Shown here: positions 28,344 through 38,175 of the stretch, one piece after another
Position numbering within the stretch: the stretch's first letter is position 1
Layout of the letters: each line of letters begins with the position of its first letter
Source: Bacillota bacterium
Lineage (GTDB): Bacteria > Bacillota > Clostridia > Ch29
DNA length: 64,000 nucleotides
Direction of reading: 5' to 3'
NCBI GenBank assembly: GCA_040766775.1
Contig: JAXGPT010000008.1
Location: 1,689 to 65,688 of the forward strand
Notes under the pieces: model-generated
The model's input: the letters and a program-made list of their open reading frames with translations, nothing else
Told to the model about the DNA's origin: nothing
The model's database searches: none
Program-made: the position numbers and the translations under genes

Positions 28344-29432
28344 TTAATCGTTTTCGCTCTGGCTGCCTGGAACGCAGATAACCTGACCTATCTGTAAGTT
28401 ATTGGGATCTACCCCGGGGTTCAAACGTCTAAGGGCGTTAACCGTGGTGTTAAACCTCCTTGCAATTGAGAAGAAGGTATCCCCCGACCTTATGGTGTAT
28501 GGCCTTGCATTGGGAGGACACTCATCGGGCGGTTCAGGGGTAACCCGCCTTGGGATGCAGATTACCTGTCCGATCTGTAGGTTATTCGGGTCTATACCCG
28601 GGTTAGCTTCCACAATAGCTTCAACCGTTGTGTTAAACCTGTTTGCAAGGGCAAACAGGGTATCCCCCGACCTTATGGTATAAGGCCTGGTGCCTGTGGG
28701 ACACTCGCCCGGCGGTCCAGGAGGCTCCGCCCTGGGGATGCAGATAATCTGACCCACCCTCAGGGATTCCGGGTCTATGCCTGGGTTGGCGTCAATAATG
28801 GCTTCAACCGTGGTGCCAAACCTTCTGGCCAGGGCAAACAAGGTATCCCCCGACCTGATGGTGTACCGCCTTGAGCCCGGAGGGCAAACCACCGGCGGCC
28901 CCGGCCTTGGTATGCATATCACCTGGCCTACCAGCAGAGCATCAGGATTGACTCCCGGGTTTGCATCAATCAGCGCCTCCAGCGAAACGTTGAACCTTTG
29001 CGCTATGGCAAAGAAGGTATCGCCCGCTCTTATTGTATAGGGCTGGGTGTTTGCGGGACATTCGCCCGGTTCCGGAAGCGGGATGCAAATCCTCTGGCCT
29101 ATCATAAGCCTGTTGGGGTCAATCCCAGGGTTTGCGTCCAGCAAATCGTCCAGGGGAACGTTAAACCGTCGGGAAATTGCAAACAGCGTGTCCCCGGCAC
29201 GGATGGTGTAGAAATTGCCTCCCGGGCAGGGTGTCGGCATCGGCACAGGCTGTGTCGGAATGCATATTACCTGGCCCACCTGAAGGAAGTTGGGGTTCAC
29301 CGTTGGGTTAGCCGCGATAAGCGCCGGCACCGTGGTGTTAAACCGCTGGGCTAAGGCAAAGAAGGTATCACCGGGCCTTATAGTATAGGCCAACATGTTT
29401 GGAGGGCATTGTCTCCCCATAAAGTAATACAC
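28344..29432 (-). CDS. Protein made of seven tandem LysM domains (probable spore-coat or cortex associated peptidoglycan binder)
   Basis: Seven repeats of YTIR(A/S/P)GDT.FA.A.RFN..V.A...ANP.(V/I)(N/D)P..L..GQ.ICIP, joined by Pro-rich linkers that each contain a CP motif. GTG start behind GAGGAGGTG. Confidence 0.85.
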   Translation of the reverse strand: MYYFMGRQCPPNMLAYTIRPGDTFFALAQRFNTTVPALIAANPTVNPNFLQVGQVICIPTQPVPMPTPCPGGNFYTIRAGDTLFAISRRFNVPLDDLLDANPGIDPNRLMIGQRICIPLPEPGECPANTQPYTIRAGDTFFAIAQRFNVSLEALIDANPGVNPDALLVGQVICIPRPGPPVVCPPGSRRYTIRSGDTLFALARRFGTTVEAIIDANPGIDPESLRVGQIICIPRAEPPGPPGECPTGTRPYTIRSGDTLFALANRFNTTVEAIVEANPGIDPNNLQIGQVICIPRRVTPEPPDECPPNARPYTIRSGDTFFSIARRFNTTVNALRRLNPGVDPNNLQIGQVICVPGSQSEND

Positions 29433-29592
29433 TTGAATCTCACCTCCTCAATATAAGGTATTCAAAGCAAGAAAAAAAGTTCTGCCATGGACGAAAATAT
29501 TAAATATTTACCCCTCCATCCCGACGGAATGGTTAAAGGGAATTGGATTTTGTCGTCGAATATGGATACAGTATGTTTGGAAGAGGATGGAA

Positions 29593-29615
29593 GCATAGGG
29601 ACGGTTCTTTTGATT
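29593..29615 (+). repeat. Single copy of the GGGACGGTTCT repeat core (15-mer identical to unit 1 of the 50.8-kb array)
   Basis: gcataGGGACGGTTCTTTTGattt lies about 30 nt upstream of the macro-domain gene RBS. The flanking arms pair only weakly here. Confidence 0.6.
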
Positions 29616-29640
29616 TCTTGATTACCAAGTTTCCCAGGAG

Positions 29641-30201
29641 GTGTTGGAATTGCAAAACCAATCCCGGTATGAAACAAAGGGAAGGGTGGAGGTGGTGAAG
29701 GGCGATATCACCCGGATGGAAGTGGACGCCATAGTAAACGCGGCCAACAACTCCCTGCTGGGCGGCGGCGGCGTAGACGGGGCGATTCACAGGGCGGCCG
29801 GGCCGAAACTTTTGGAGGAGTGCAGGACCCTTGGGGGTTGTGAGACGGGTGAGGCAAAGGCAACAAGGGCGTACAACCTGCCGTCCAAAATGGTGATACA
29901 CACCGTAGGTCCGGTCTGGCGGGGCGGCGGCCCGGGTGAGCCGGAGCTTCTACATTCCTGCTACGTGAATTCCCTTGAACTGGCGGTGCAAAGAAAAGCC
30001 CGCACTGTTGCCTTTCCGTCCATAAGTACCGGCGTGTACGGGTACCCCGTTGACAAGGCCGCAGTTATCGCATGCCGCGCAGTAAAGGGAATGTTGGAGA
30101 AATACCCGCCCGAAAAGCTGGAAAAGGTATACTTCGTATGCTTTGGTGATAAGGTCTACGATACATATATGGACCTAATGCACATCTTCGATGGGATCTA
30201 G
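29641..30201 (+). CDS. Macro-domain protein (O-acetyl-ADP-ribose deacetylase / ADP-ribose hydrolase, YmdB/MacroD-like)
   Basis: GDIT...[35 protein letters not shown] and [12 protein letters not shown] motifs. TTG start at 29641 or 29647. Confidence 0.9.
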   Translation: MLELQNQSRYETKGRVEVVKGDITRMEVDAIVNAANNSLLGGGGVDGAIHRAAGPKLLEECRTLGGCETGEAKATRAYNLPSKMVIHTVGPVWRGGGPGEPELLHSCYVNSLELAVQRKARTVAFPSISTGVYGYPVDKAAVIACRAVKGMLEKYPPEKLEKVYFVCFGDKVYDTYMDLMHIFDGI

Positions 30202-30371
30202 GGTTCTTCCTGTCGGAGAAGCGCGACTTATTATGGGGCCGGCCGTATTACATGGCAGCCCTTTTTCTTTATTTTTGGACCCGTCGGCGGACGCCGGCAT
30301 TATTTTTGATATAATAATGATAGGAACGCCAAATCGGGCATTTAGTACAATACCGAAAGGGAGATGATTGG

Positions 30372-30980
30372 ATGTTGGATTTGGTTGCCATTACCGGGGC
30401 CGGGATATCCAGGGCGAGCGGGATACCCACCTTTGTGGAGATGGGGGACTTGCGTGAAAAGCTGAGCCGGGACTATTTCCGCGCCCAACCTGAGAAGTTT
30501 TACGAAATAATTCTGGATATTAAAAGGACTGTAGACAGGGCACAGCCCAACCCGGCTCACAGGGCGCTGGCGGAATACGGCGTACCGGTCATAACAATGA
30601 ATATCGACGGGCTGCACACCAGGGCGGGAAGCGAAAAGGTGTTGGAGGTCCACGGGAGCCTTGACTACGTCGAGTGCCTAAGGTGCAATACCAGGCATGG
30701 ATATGACGAAGTGGAAGAATCCATTTACTGCAAAAAGTGCGGCAGCATTTATGAACCCAACGTCGTGCTGTACGGTGATAACATACGCCACTTTTATGAA
30801 GCCATAGAACTGGCCTCCTCCTGCAGTCAGGTGTTGGTGGTGGGCACTTCCTTTTATACTTCAACGGTAAACGTATTTGTAGACAGTGCCCGGATGGCGG
30901 GTGTAAAAATCCATGTTATAAACAAGGATGCGGAGCGCGGGGTTCCCGAATTTTTGAAGGGCCTTGGAAGTAAGGCGTAG
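30372..30980 (+). CDS. SIR2-family NAD-dependent protein deacylase (short sirtuin with Zn ribbon)
   Basis: ITGAGISRASGIPTF, NIDGLH, catalytic VLEVHGS, Zn ribbon C.RC...(n)..CKKCG, PNVVLYGD, VVGTS. Confidence 0.88.
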   Translation: MLDLVAITGAGISRASGIPTFVEMGDLREKLSRDYFRAQPEKFYEIILDIKRTVDRAQPNPAHRALAEYGVPVITMNIDGLHTRAGSEKVLEVHGSLDYVECLRCNTRHGYDEVEESIYCKKCGSIYEPNVVLYGDNIRHFYEAIELASSCSQVLVVGTSFYTSTVNVFVDSARMAGVKIHVINKDAERGVPEFLKGLGSKA

Positions 30981-31073
30981 AAAAACCGGGAAGCTTTTCG
31001 ACCTGTCCGAATAATATGGCCTGATTTTCTCAATGCTATTGACGTAGCCAATTTTATAAGTAGAGGTGCGGAC

Positions 31074-31525
31074 ATGGACAGGGAAAAGCTAATTACGAAG
31101 CTTAACTGGTTTTTCAACCTGGAACTAAACCAGGTGGATTTATATACCTCCCAGAGCAGGCATATCCAAGACCCTATGTTAAAATAGCCTTTGAACAGAT
31201 CGCCTATATAGAGCAGCAGCATGTTGACAATATTGCGGACAAGATTAAAGAGCTTGGAGGAAAGCCCAGCAAGATAGGGGATGTGCTGGCGCCGATATTG
31301 GGCAGCGCTACCGGCACTGTTCTGTCGGCGGCAGGGCTTTCCAATGTGCTCAGGGCAAATATTCTGATAGAAAAAAAGGCCATGAAAGACTACAAGGTCC
31401 TGATTCACAGCCTTAAAAGGACGTACGGCGACATAGAGCTTGTGCGGCTGCTTCAGCATAACCTATTTGACGAGGACCTTCATACCGCATGGTTCCAGAG
31501 AAAACTTGCCAGCCTCAAAAATTAA
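31074..31525 (+). CDS. Ferritin-like domain protein; one frameshift near 31175 as read
   Basis: MDREKLITKLNWFFNLELNQVDLYTSQ... continues in another frame as PYVKIAFEQIAYIEQQHVDNIADKIKELGG...LIEKKAMKDY...LFDEDLHTAWFQ. An extra C in 'gaccct' would restore the frame. Confidence 0.6.
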
Positions 31526-31643
31526 TGGTTGCATTACTAATGCCTTTTTCCCATAGAAAAACTCCCCTTTGTGTAGTCCTGAATTTTTGTAATTTCGGTG
31601 TCTACCTAAAGGGGAGCATATCAGACCTGTGCCGGGTCTAAAA

Positions 31644-33063
31644 CTATTTTATGTTGTACTCTTCCAGCGTGGAGGTAACTGTCATGCCCTCGGACAGGAA
31701 CTCCCTTTTTACAAGGCCTACCCCTTCCTTGTAGTATTCGTACATAACCGAGTGTTCGGCGGTGATTTCAATCTTTATACAGCCCTCAAATTCCCCCGCC
31801 GGTGTATCCACCGCCGCATCGGTTTCAACGATTTCCCTTGTTCCGTTCGATGTCTCCCATTTTGTGCCCGCTTCAAGGGGCGCTTTTATAAGTACCAGGT
31901 TATCGTTGTTCTCCTCGTCAAGGAGCTTGTTCCCATCGTATTCCTCTCCCCGGAAGAAGGTGCGCACTATTTCACCTCCTCTAAATTCGAACACTGATGC
32001 GCTTACAGTCCCGCCGTTGTTCTCGGAGACCTGGGCCCTGTTCCCGTCTACATACAGTACTTCGCGGATGAAGGAAGCGTATTCGTTGCCTTACCCCAGG
32101 TATTTCCAGGTGCTGCCCTCGGTCAGCGGGAAATATTCCTTAAGGCTTAACACCTCAGGTTCTTCCCCTTCGGTGTCTTCTTCATCATGCTGAACGCCGG
32201 TTTCAATTATTACCATCCTAAGGTCATTGTCCCAATCCACGTTTGCGCCCAGGGTTTCGCTGACAAATCTTACCGGTACAAAGGTGCGGTCGTTTACAAG
32301 CTTTGCTGCAACGTCCAGTTCCACCGTCTGCTCAACGGGTGTACCGTCAACGGTTTTAACCACCTTCGCGGTGTTTTCACCAATTACAAGCCGGATACTC
32401 ACACCCTCGGTGGCGATGCTTACGGTGCGTGTCTGCCCATCCCATTCAACGGCACCCAGCCCCTCCATTACCCCGCGAAGGGTACTAGAACACGGTCGTT
32501 TTCTGAAGGATGGACGTCAAAGGAAAGCATCTCGCCGTTAAGCCTAACCTAACTTCCGGGTCACCGACTGCTGCATTGTCCACTGCCGTTAAGGCATCAA
32601 CTTCCACATCCGGCTCGCCGGCTGCAAGCGGCAGCGTAACCGCCTGCTGTCCTTCAACCACCTTTACCATATCGCTGCCGAATATTCCGTAGAGATAGCC
32701 TGCGTATTCCTCACTGTAAGGCGTTATTCCTATTTCTATAAACCCGTCCCGGGGGCGGTATGGGTAACGCGAAACCTTGAAGCCGGATTTCATCGGCGTG
32801 GTCCTCGAATACGTATTTGTCAATCTCCCTGTGCTTTTGGTACAGTTCCTCGCTTGGGTAGCCCAGCTGCCGCCAGTCGGTGTTAACAGCCCTGTCCTCC
32901 GGGGTCAGGTCCGAAACCGGCGTATCCGGGCCCATATCCATAAGCTGCTTTTCCTGATATGCAGGTGCATCCCTGCCAACGTCAGCGGCCAGGCTGCACC
33001 CGACGACAACAGCGCCAGGCACGTAATTGCAATAAACACTCTAAATAACTTTGATTTAATCAT
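31644..33063 (-). pseudogene. Lipoprotein with a copper-amine-oxidase N-terminal-like (stalk) domain, at least 4 frame disruptions as read
   Basis: Start MIKSKLFRVFIAITCLALLSSGC (lipobox, in a shifted frame). The middle block FRGVMEGLGAVEWDGQTRTVSI......V.....DVAAKLVNDRTFVPVRFVSETLGANVDWD is the Cu_amine_oxidN1 signature. The pieces lie at 32711-33022, 32485-32823, 32091-32468 and 31644-31994. Confidence 0.7.
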
Positions 33064-33313
33064 TCATATCTCCTCCCTCTGCCAATAATGGGTTTTAGCT
33101 GCCGCTGCAACTGCCGCATTATAACCGGCTATTCTTTTGACTAGTAATGCTATTGTTTTGTTCCGAAAAACTTGAACGCATTTCTATTGCCATTAATGGC
33201 AGTTTATGTTAATGTGAAAAGAGGGTATAAGGAAAACTACTACTGGAGCGGTTTCTCGGAAGCTGCCGGATACAGGCAGGGTATTATTGATAATGTAAAG
33301 GGGTGTGCCGATC

Positions 33314-33748
33314 ATGATACTTAACAGGGCAGTAGGTATGCTAATGTTGGTTACTGTACTGTCATTTGCTGCAGTGGGGTGCTCTTTGACCGATGCTGTA
33401 AATGATTTTTTGGAGGATAATGCTGCTCCAAACACGGAAGGGACCGACATCACACAGGTACATGGCGGGGATTATGAATGGGACGAGCTGGTCATGTATA
33501 AACTCAGAAGGCCGAATGCAACCCTCATCGGTGCTGATTTTTCTCCGGCGGGGGGAGCCACATACTATTTCATGGATATGAGTGCGGGCGAAGCTGCGGC
33601 TTACATACAGCACATAAAGGATATGGGCTTTACCAAGGATGCCGAGGAAAGTGAGAATTACTACAAAGCCCATAACGGCAACACCCAGTATGTTGAGTTT
33701 GAATATGAAATGGATAATATTGGCTCTATAAGAGCCGGGCATTTTTAA
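33314..33748 (+). CDS. Hypothetical lipoprotein
   Basis: Signal/lipobox VLSFAAVG-C, 144 aa. I did not recognise a family. Confidence 0.55.
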   Translation: MILNRAVGMLMLVTVLSFAAVGCSLTDAVNDFLEDNAAPNTEGTDITQVHGGDYEWDELVMYKLRRPNATLIGADFSPAGGATYYFMDMSAGEAAAYIQHIKDMGFTKDAEESENYYKAHNGNTQYVEFEYEMDNIGSIRAGHF

Positions 33749-33782
33749 ATAATATTGGGAAGTCACGTGCGTAGTCAGTCAC

Positions 33783-33947
33783 AGTGACGGGTTTGGCCAT
33801 TGCAGGGACCACCTGACGGAAAGGAAGGCGGCCCGTCACCTGTACCAGGCCTACGGGTTTACCCTGACCGAAACGGTGCCAAATGATACCTGGACCAACG
33901 ATGTGATAAACGAGGAGAGATGGGACCTCTATATTAATAACAAATAA
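33783..33947 (+). pseudogene. C-terminal remnant (about 54 codons) of a GNAT-type acetyltransferase
   Basis: The reading frame gives ...AARHLYQAYGFTLTETVPNDTW.....NEERWDLYI*, resembling the end of GNAT proteins. No start codon and no N-terminal domain are present upstream. Confidence 0.4.
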
Positions 33948-33959
33948 AGGTAGGTAGGC

Positions 33960-34871
33960 ATGAAAAAACCGGGATATGTAAAATTAATGCAAAACGGCCA
34001 GCTGGAAGGCCGTGTTTTGAGACTAAAATCCATGTTGAAGGATTGTGTGCTATGCCCTCATCAATGCCGGGTGGACAGGACCAGGGGCCAGCGAGGCTAT
34101 TGCAAAACCCTGGACAATGCAGTAGTTTCTGGGGCGGAGGTACATTTCGGCGAGGAAAAGGAGCTGGTGGGCGCCCATGGGTCCGGAACCATCTTTTTTT
34201 CATTCTGTAACCTTGCATGCGTTTTTTGCCAGAACTACCGAATAAGCCACTGCGGAATCGGGCGGGAAGTTGCTGTCGAGGAACTGGCGGACATGATGAT
34301 AGGCCTTCAGGCTAGAAAGTGCCATAATATTAACCTTGTTTCTCCCGGGCATGTAGTGCCGCAGGTTGTCGAGGCGGTATTTCTAGCCGCGAAAAAGGGT
34401 TTGACCATTCCAATTGTATATAACACCAATGGGTATGACCTGACCGACACGTTGAAACTGCTTGAAGGTATCGTGGATATCTACATGCCGGACATAAAAT
34501 TCTCGGATGACGAAAATGCGCAAAAATATCTTGGTGTAAAGAATTATTACTCCATTGCGAAAAATGCGGTGAAGGAGATGTACAGGCAGGTGGGGGACCT
34601 TTTAACCGACGAGCGGGGCATCGCCTACCGCGGTCTTTTGGTACGCCACCTGGTTATGCCCGGGAATATTGCCGGCACCGGTGAAATAATGCGCTTTATT
34701 GCCGAAGAAATATCCAAGGGGACCTATGTGAACATCATGGCCCAGTATTACCCTGCCCACAGAGCCTACGAATTTGAAGAACTGAAAAGGGGTATCACGA
34801 ACCATGAGTTTTCGAAGGCGGTGCAGGCAGCCCGGGCGGCGGGACTGAACAATATAAAAGCATTTGACTGA
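33960..34871 (+). CDS. Radical SAM protein, PflX-like (COG1313, pyruvate formate-lyase activase-related)
   Basis: L..C.LCPHQCRVDR..GQRGYC, then GSGTIFFSFCNLACVFCQN (CxxxCxxC). Confidence 0.85.
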   Translation: MKKPGYVKLMQNGQLEGRVLRLKSMLKDCVLCPHQCRVDRTRGQRGYCKTLDNAVVSGAEVHFGEEKELVGAHGSGTIFFSFCNLACVFCQNYRISHCGIGREVAVEELADMMIGLQARKCHNINLVSPGHVVPQVVEAVFLAAKKGLTIPIVYNTNGYDLTDTLKLLEGIVDIYMPDIKFSDDENAQKYLGVKNYYSIAKNAVKEMYRQVGDLLTDERGIAYRGLLVRHLVMPGNIAGTGEIMRFIAEEISKGTYVNIMAQYYPAHRAYEFEELKRGITNHEFSKAVQAARAAGLNNIKAFD

Positions 34872-34910
34872 TACAAACAAACAATGGGATACATGGACGG
34901 CGTTTATGGA

Positions 34911-34937
34911 AAGACACGGGTACGGTTCTCGTGTCTT
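34911..34937 (+). repeat. Single copy of the hairpin repeat (variant core GGTACGGTTCT)
   Basis: Perfect 8-bp stem AAGACACG / CGTGTCTT around the loop GGTACGGTTCT, 40 nt after the radical SAM stop. No T-run follows. Confidence 0.7.
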
Positions 34938-35108
34938 AAAATGTTTTCAATGCGCAAAAAACAATTCAAGTTCTTGCCGTCCTTCTCTACAAGCCTCCTT
35001 GAAAATATTTGACCATTGGACTAACATTAATACGAGGAGGGGAAACAAGGAACGCATTCCTCTGCATAGAGCTGGTGGATGAAAAAAGCTAAGGGGAGGC
35101 TGCTTTGT

Positions 35109-35834
35109 ATGGCCGTTTGGAATCCATGGCACGGATGCACCAAAATCAGTGCCGGCTGCAAGAACTGCTATGTATACAGGCGGGATGCAAAGTATGAAAA
35201 GGACGCTTCGGTGGTTCACAAGACATCATCCTTTGACCTGCCGGTAAGGAAAAACCGTAAAGGCGAGTATAAGCTTAAGCCCGGCGACGGTATCGTTTAT
35301 ACCTGTTTCACATCCGACTTTTTCCACCCGGAAGCGGATGAGTGGCGAATAGATGCCTGGAGGTTTATAAAGGAGCGTTCCGACCTACAGTTTTTCTTTA
35401 TTACAAAGCGGCCTGAACGGTTCTATGTAAGCCTTCCACCCGACTGGGGTGACGGGTATGAAAATGTGCATATCTGCTGCACCTGCGAGAACCAGGAAAT
35501 GGCCGATAAAAGGCTGCCGGTATTCCTGGAACTGCCGATAAAGTACCGGTCCATAATCCATGAACCGATGCTGGAGGCCATTGACATAAGGCCCTATCTT
35601 AAAAAGTACAATGACCGGATACATAGCGTGACCTGCGGAGGCGAATCCGGAAAAAACGCCCGGCTGTGCGACTTTGAATGGGTGCTTTCCACCAGGGAAC
35701 AGTGTATCCAGTACGGCGTGTCCTTTAGTTTCAGGCAGACCGGGGCTTACTTTCGCAAAGGGAATCGAATATACAGGATAAAAAGAAAGTACCAGTTATC
35801 CCAGGCGGCAAAGGCCGGTATAGATTATAGGTAA
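35109..35834 (+). CDS. DUF5131 (phage Gp37/Gp68-like) family protein
   Basis: The MAVWNPWHGCTKISAGCKNCY start is the family signature; CGGESG lies near the C-terminus. Confidence 0.8.
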   Translation: MAVWNPWHGCTKISAGCKNCYVYRRDAKYEKDASVVHKTSSFDLPVRKNRKGEYKLKPGDGIVYTCFTSDFFHPEADEWRIDAWRFIKERSDLQFFFITKRPERFYVSLPPDWGDGYENVHICCTCENQEMADKRLPVFLELPIKYRSIIHEPMLEAIDIRPYLKKYNDRIHSVTCGGESGKNARLCDFEWVLSTREQCIQYGVSFSFRQTGAYFRKGNRIYRIKRKYQLSQAAKAGIDYR

Positions 35835-35866
35835 CGCATGTTACATGAGGAGAGGTTTTTTTATGG

Positions 35867-35895
35867 TTGACATCGGCTTAGGAATATGGTAGAGT
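35867..35895 (+). promoter_or_regulatory. Sigma-A promoter of the T-box leader
   Basis: TTGACA, a 17-nt spacer, then TGgTAGAGT. Confidence 0.6.
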
Positions 35896-35896
35896 A

Positions 35897-36147
35897 GGCG
35901 TAATTTATTCAAATAATGATAAAGGCGATGACAGGGAGAAGTAAACAATACGGATGCTTAACAGAGAGTGGGAAGAGGTGAGAGCCCATAAGCTACGGTT
36001 GTTGAATACACCCTCAAGCTGCAGGCTGAAACCTTAGGAGAGTAGGCCCGGCCGGTTAATACCGTTATTGGAAATCAAGAAACAAATTTGGATGGTACCG
36101 CGGACAGGCTATTCGCTCCATTGGAGAAAAATAGCCTGTTTTGTTTT
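35897..36147 (+). promoter_or_regulatory. T-box riboswitch leader, specifier read as UAC (Tyr)
   Basis: Stem I elements are GCGATGA, AGAAGTA, distal AGAGAG and GGTGAGAG. The specifier loop 3' side is GAA-TAC-A, flanked by the helix AACAA/TTGTT. The F-box-like element is ACCGTTA. The T-box sequence is AATTTGGATGGTACCGCGG (36085-36103). The terminator is ACAGGCTATT / AATAGCCTGT followed by TTTGTTTT. Confidence 0.8.
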
Positions 36148-36182
36148 ATAATAATTAATAGCTTATATAAGGTGTAGATTTT

Positions 36183-38132
36183 CATGAAAGAGCAAGAAAA
36201 AACTAACCAAAATAAAATAGAAAAGGACGCCGAGAAGCTGCTGGAGGAAAAGGATGCGGATATGCGCACTAGAGTATACAGCGGTTCCTTCAGTTTATTA
36301 GTAACGGCTTTACTAATAGTATGGACAATCTTCCAGCTGTATTATAATACATAGGAGTTATGGATGCCATTACCCTGGAAGCGTACCATGCCCTGTTTTT
36401 ACTAATGTTTACTTTTTTATTTTATCCCTGTTTTAATAAAGAGAAAAGAGCAAGAAGGTTTGTACCTGTTCTGGACAGCCTGCTTGTAACCACAACGATT
36501 ATTGTTTTGGGATATATGGTTCTGAACTATAAAAGGGTAGCCATGTCAGGCGGGTTTTTAAACAAAACCGATTTGGTAGTGGCGGGAATAAGCATTGTAT
36601 TGGTATTGGAAGCGGGAAGAAGGGCAAGTAGGAACCTGGCGGTTCTATCAGTGGTTTTCCTGCTGTTTAACTGGTTTGGGAGATTTATACCGGGTATCCT
36701 GGGGCATTCCGGGTTCACGCTAAAAAGGGTTTTGAGCCATATGTTTTGGGGAAGCCAGGGAATCTTTGGAGTGGGCATAGGCGTCAGCGCCACCTACATT
36801 TTTACCTTTGTACTGTTTGGAAGCTACTTGAAGTACAGCGGGTTCAGCCAGTTTATAAACGATATTGCACTGACCCTGGTGGGGCGTTCCACCGGCGGCC
36901 CGGCAAAGGTTGCGGTATTGGCAAGCGCCCTTTTGGGAATGATTAACGGCAGTGCCATTGCAAATGTAGCCACCACCGGAACAATCACAATACCTCTAAT
37001 GAAAAAGGTGGGATATAAGGCCGATTTTGCCGCGGCGGTAGAAGCGGTAGCTTCCACCGGGGGACAGTTTACACCGCCCATTATGGGTGCCGTAGGTTTT
37101 GTTATGGCGGAATTCCTGGGGATAAGCTATACCAAGGTAATGATTGCAGCCTTTTTTCCGGCGTTTCTGTACTATTTGGGTATCATGGCCTCCGTCCACC
37201 TGGAGGCGAAGAAATTAGGCCTTAAAGGGCTGTCCAAGGAAAATATCCCGGATGCCCTGGAGCTAATAAAGAAAAGAGGACATTTACTTATTCCCTTGGC
37301 GGTTTTAATAGGGATGATGCTGCTGGGATATACACCGTTGTTTGCAGCGGTTGCCTCTATTTTTGCCACCTTGGCGGCATCCTGGCTGAGAAAAGAAACC
37401 AGGATGGACTTAAAGACCATTATAGAAGCGACGGCGGAAGGTGCAAGAAGCGCAGTTGGGGTAGGCGTATCCTGTGTTTTGATCGGCCTTATTATCGGTA
37501 CCGTCTCTTTAACTGGGTTGGGACTTAATTTCGGCCATTTGATTCTGGAAGTTGTAAGGGAGGGGCAGCTTTTCCTGGGAGGGTTTATGGTAATGGTCAT
37601 GAGTACGATACTGGGCATGGGCGTTCCCGGTGTGGCCGCATACGTTATTGTTGCAGCAGTGGCCGTACCCGTGCTCATTAAGGTAGGGCAACGCCGATAT
37701 GGCGCATATGTTCTGCCTCATTTATGCCTGTTTGTCCAATATTACGCCGCCGGTAGCCATGAGTTCCTATGTAGCGGCAGGAATAGCAAGGGCAAACCAG
37801 ACAAGACATCACTGATTGCGGTCAAATTAGGCATTACGGGTTTCATTCTGCCCTTTTTCTTCCTGGATAATCCCGTTTTGCTGTTTGGAAGCGCCCAGGA
37901 CGTGCCCGTGTTGTTAACGGCCAGGACTTTAATCACCGCCTCGATTGGAGTTTTTTCCCTGGCGGCAGGGCTGGAGGGAATGCTGATTGGAAAATGTTCC
38001 ATGATTACGAGAATACTGCTTTGTATCGTCGGTATATTCGCAATTGACCCGAAGCTGCAAACGGATATCCTGGGGGTTGTTATTTTAGCGGCTGTTATTT
38101 TTATACAGATGAGACGCAAACAACATGCTTAA
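36183..38132 (+). CDS. TRAP transporter fused permease (TAXI-associated type); frameshift near 36350 and an internal out-of-frame segment at about 37686-37800 as read
   Basis: The N-terminus MKEQEK...SLLVTALLIVWTIFQLYYNT continues in another frame as MDAITLEAYHALFLLMFTFLFYP. It is polytopic throughout. The expected motif NITPPVAMSSYVAAGIA appears only in the +1 frame of the 37686-37800 stretch. Confidence 0.85.
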
Positions 38133-38175
38133 ACAGATACTTTAACCAATTAAGAAATGGAAAGGAGACATTGAC

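Noticed and set aside
30372-30980. SIR2 gene as part of an antiphage defence system (Thoeris ThsA, DSR, SIR2-HerA or SIR2-pAgo).
   Set aside because: The protein is a 202-aa stand-alone sirtuin core with a Zn ribbon. It has no SLOG, TIR, HerA or Argonaute partner or fusion nearby. The only linked gene is a housekeeping-type macro domain.
34864-35082. 72-aa ORF between the radical SAM and DUF5131 genes, considered as a possible small protein or selenoprotein because it ends in TGA.
   Set aside because: It has no RBS and an unconvincing composition. It is drawn across the hairpin repeat at 34911-34937, and its TGA is simply the overlap with the upstream extension of the DUF5131 ORF.
35415-35423. 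Extra copies of the 9-nt core inside coding regions: GAACGGTTC at 35415 in the DUF5131 gene, GAACCGTCC at 47047 in the epimerase gene, and GGAACCGTTCC at 20113 in ftsH.
   Set aside because: These are bare 9-11-mers without the extended GGGACGGTTCT core or flanking inverted arms. For a 9-mer on both strands of 64 kb, about 128000/262144 (roughly 0.5) chance hits are expected, so these are compatible with chance.
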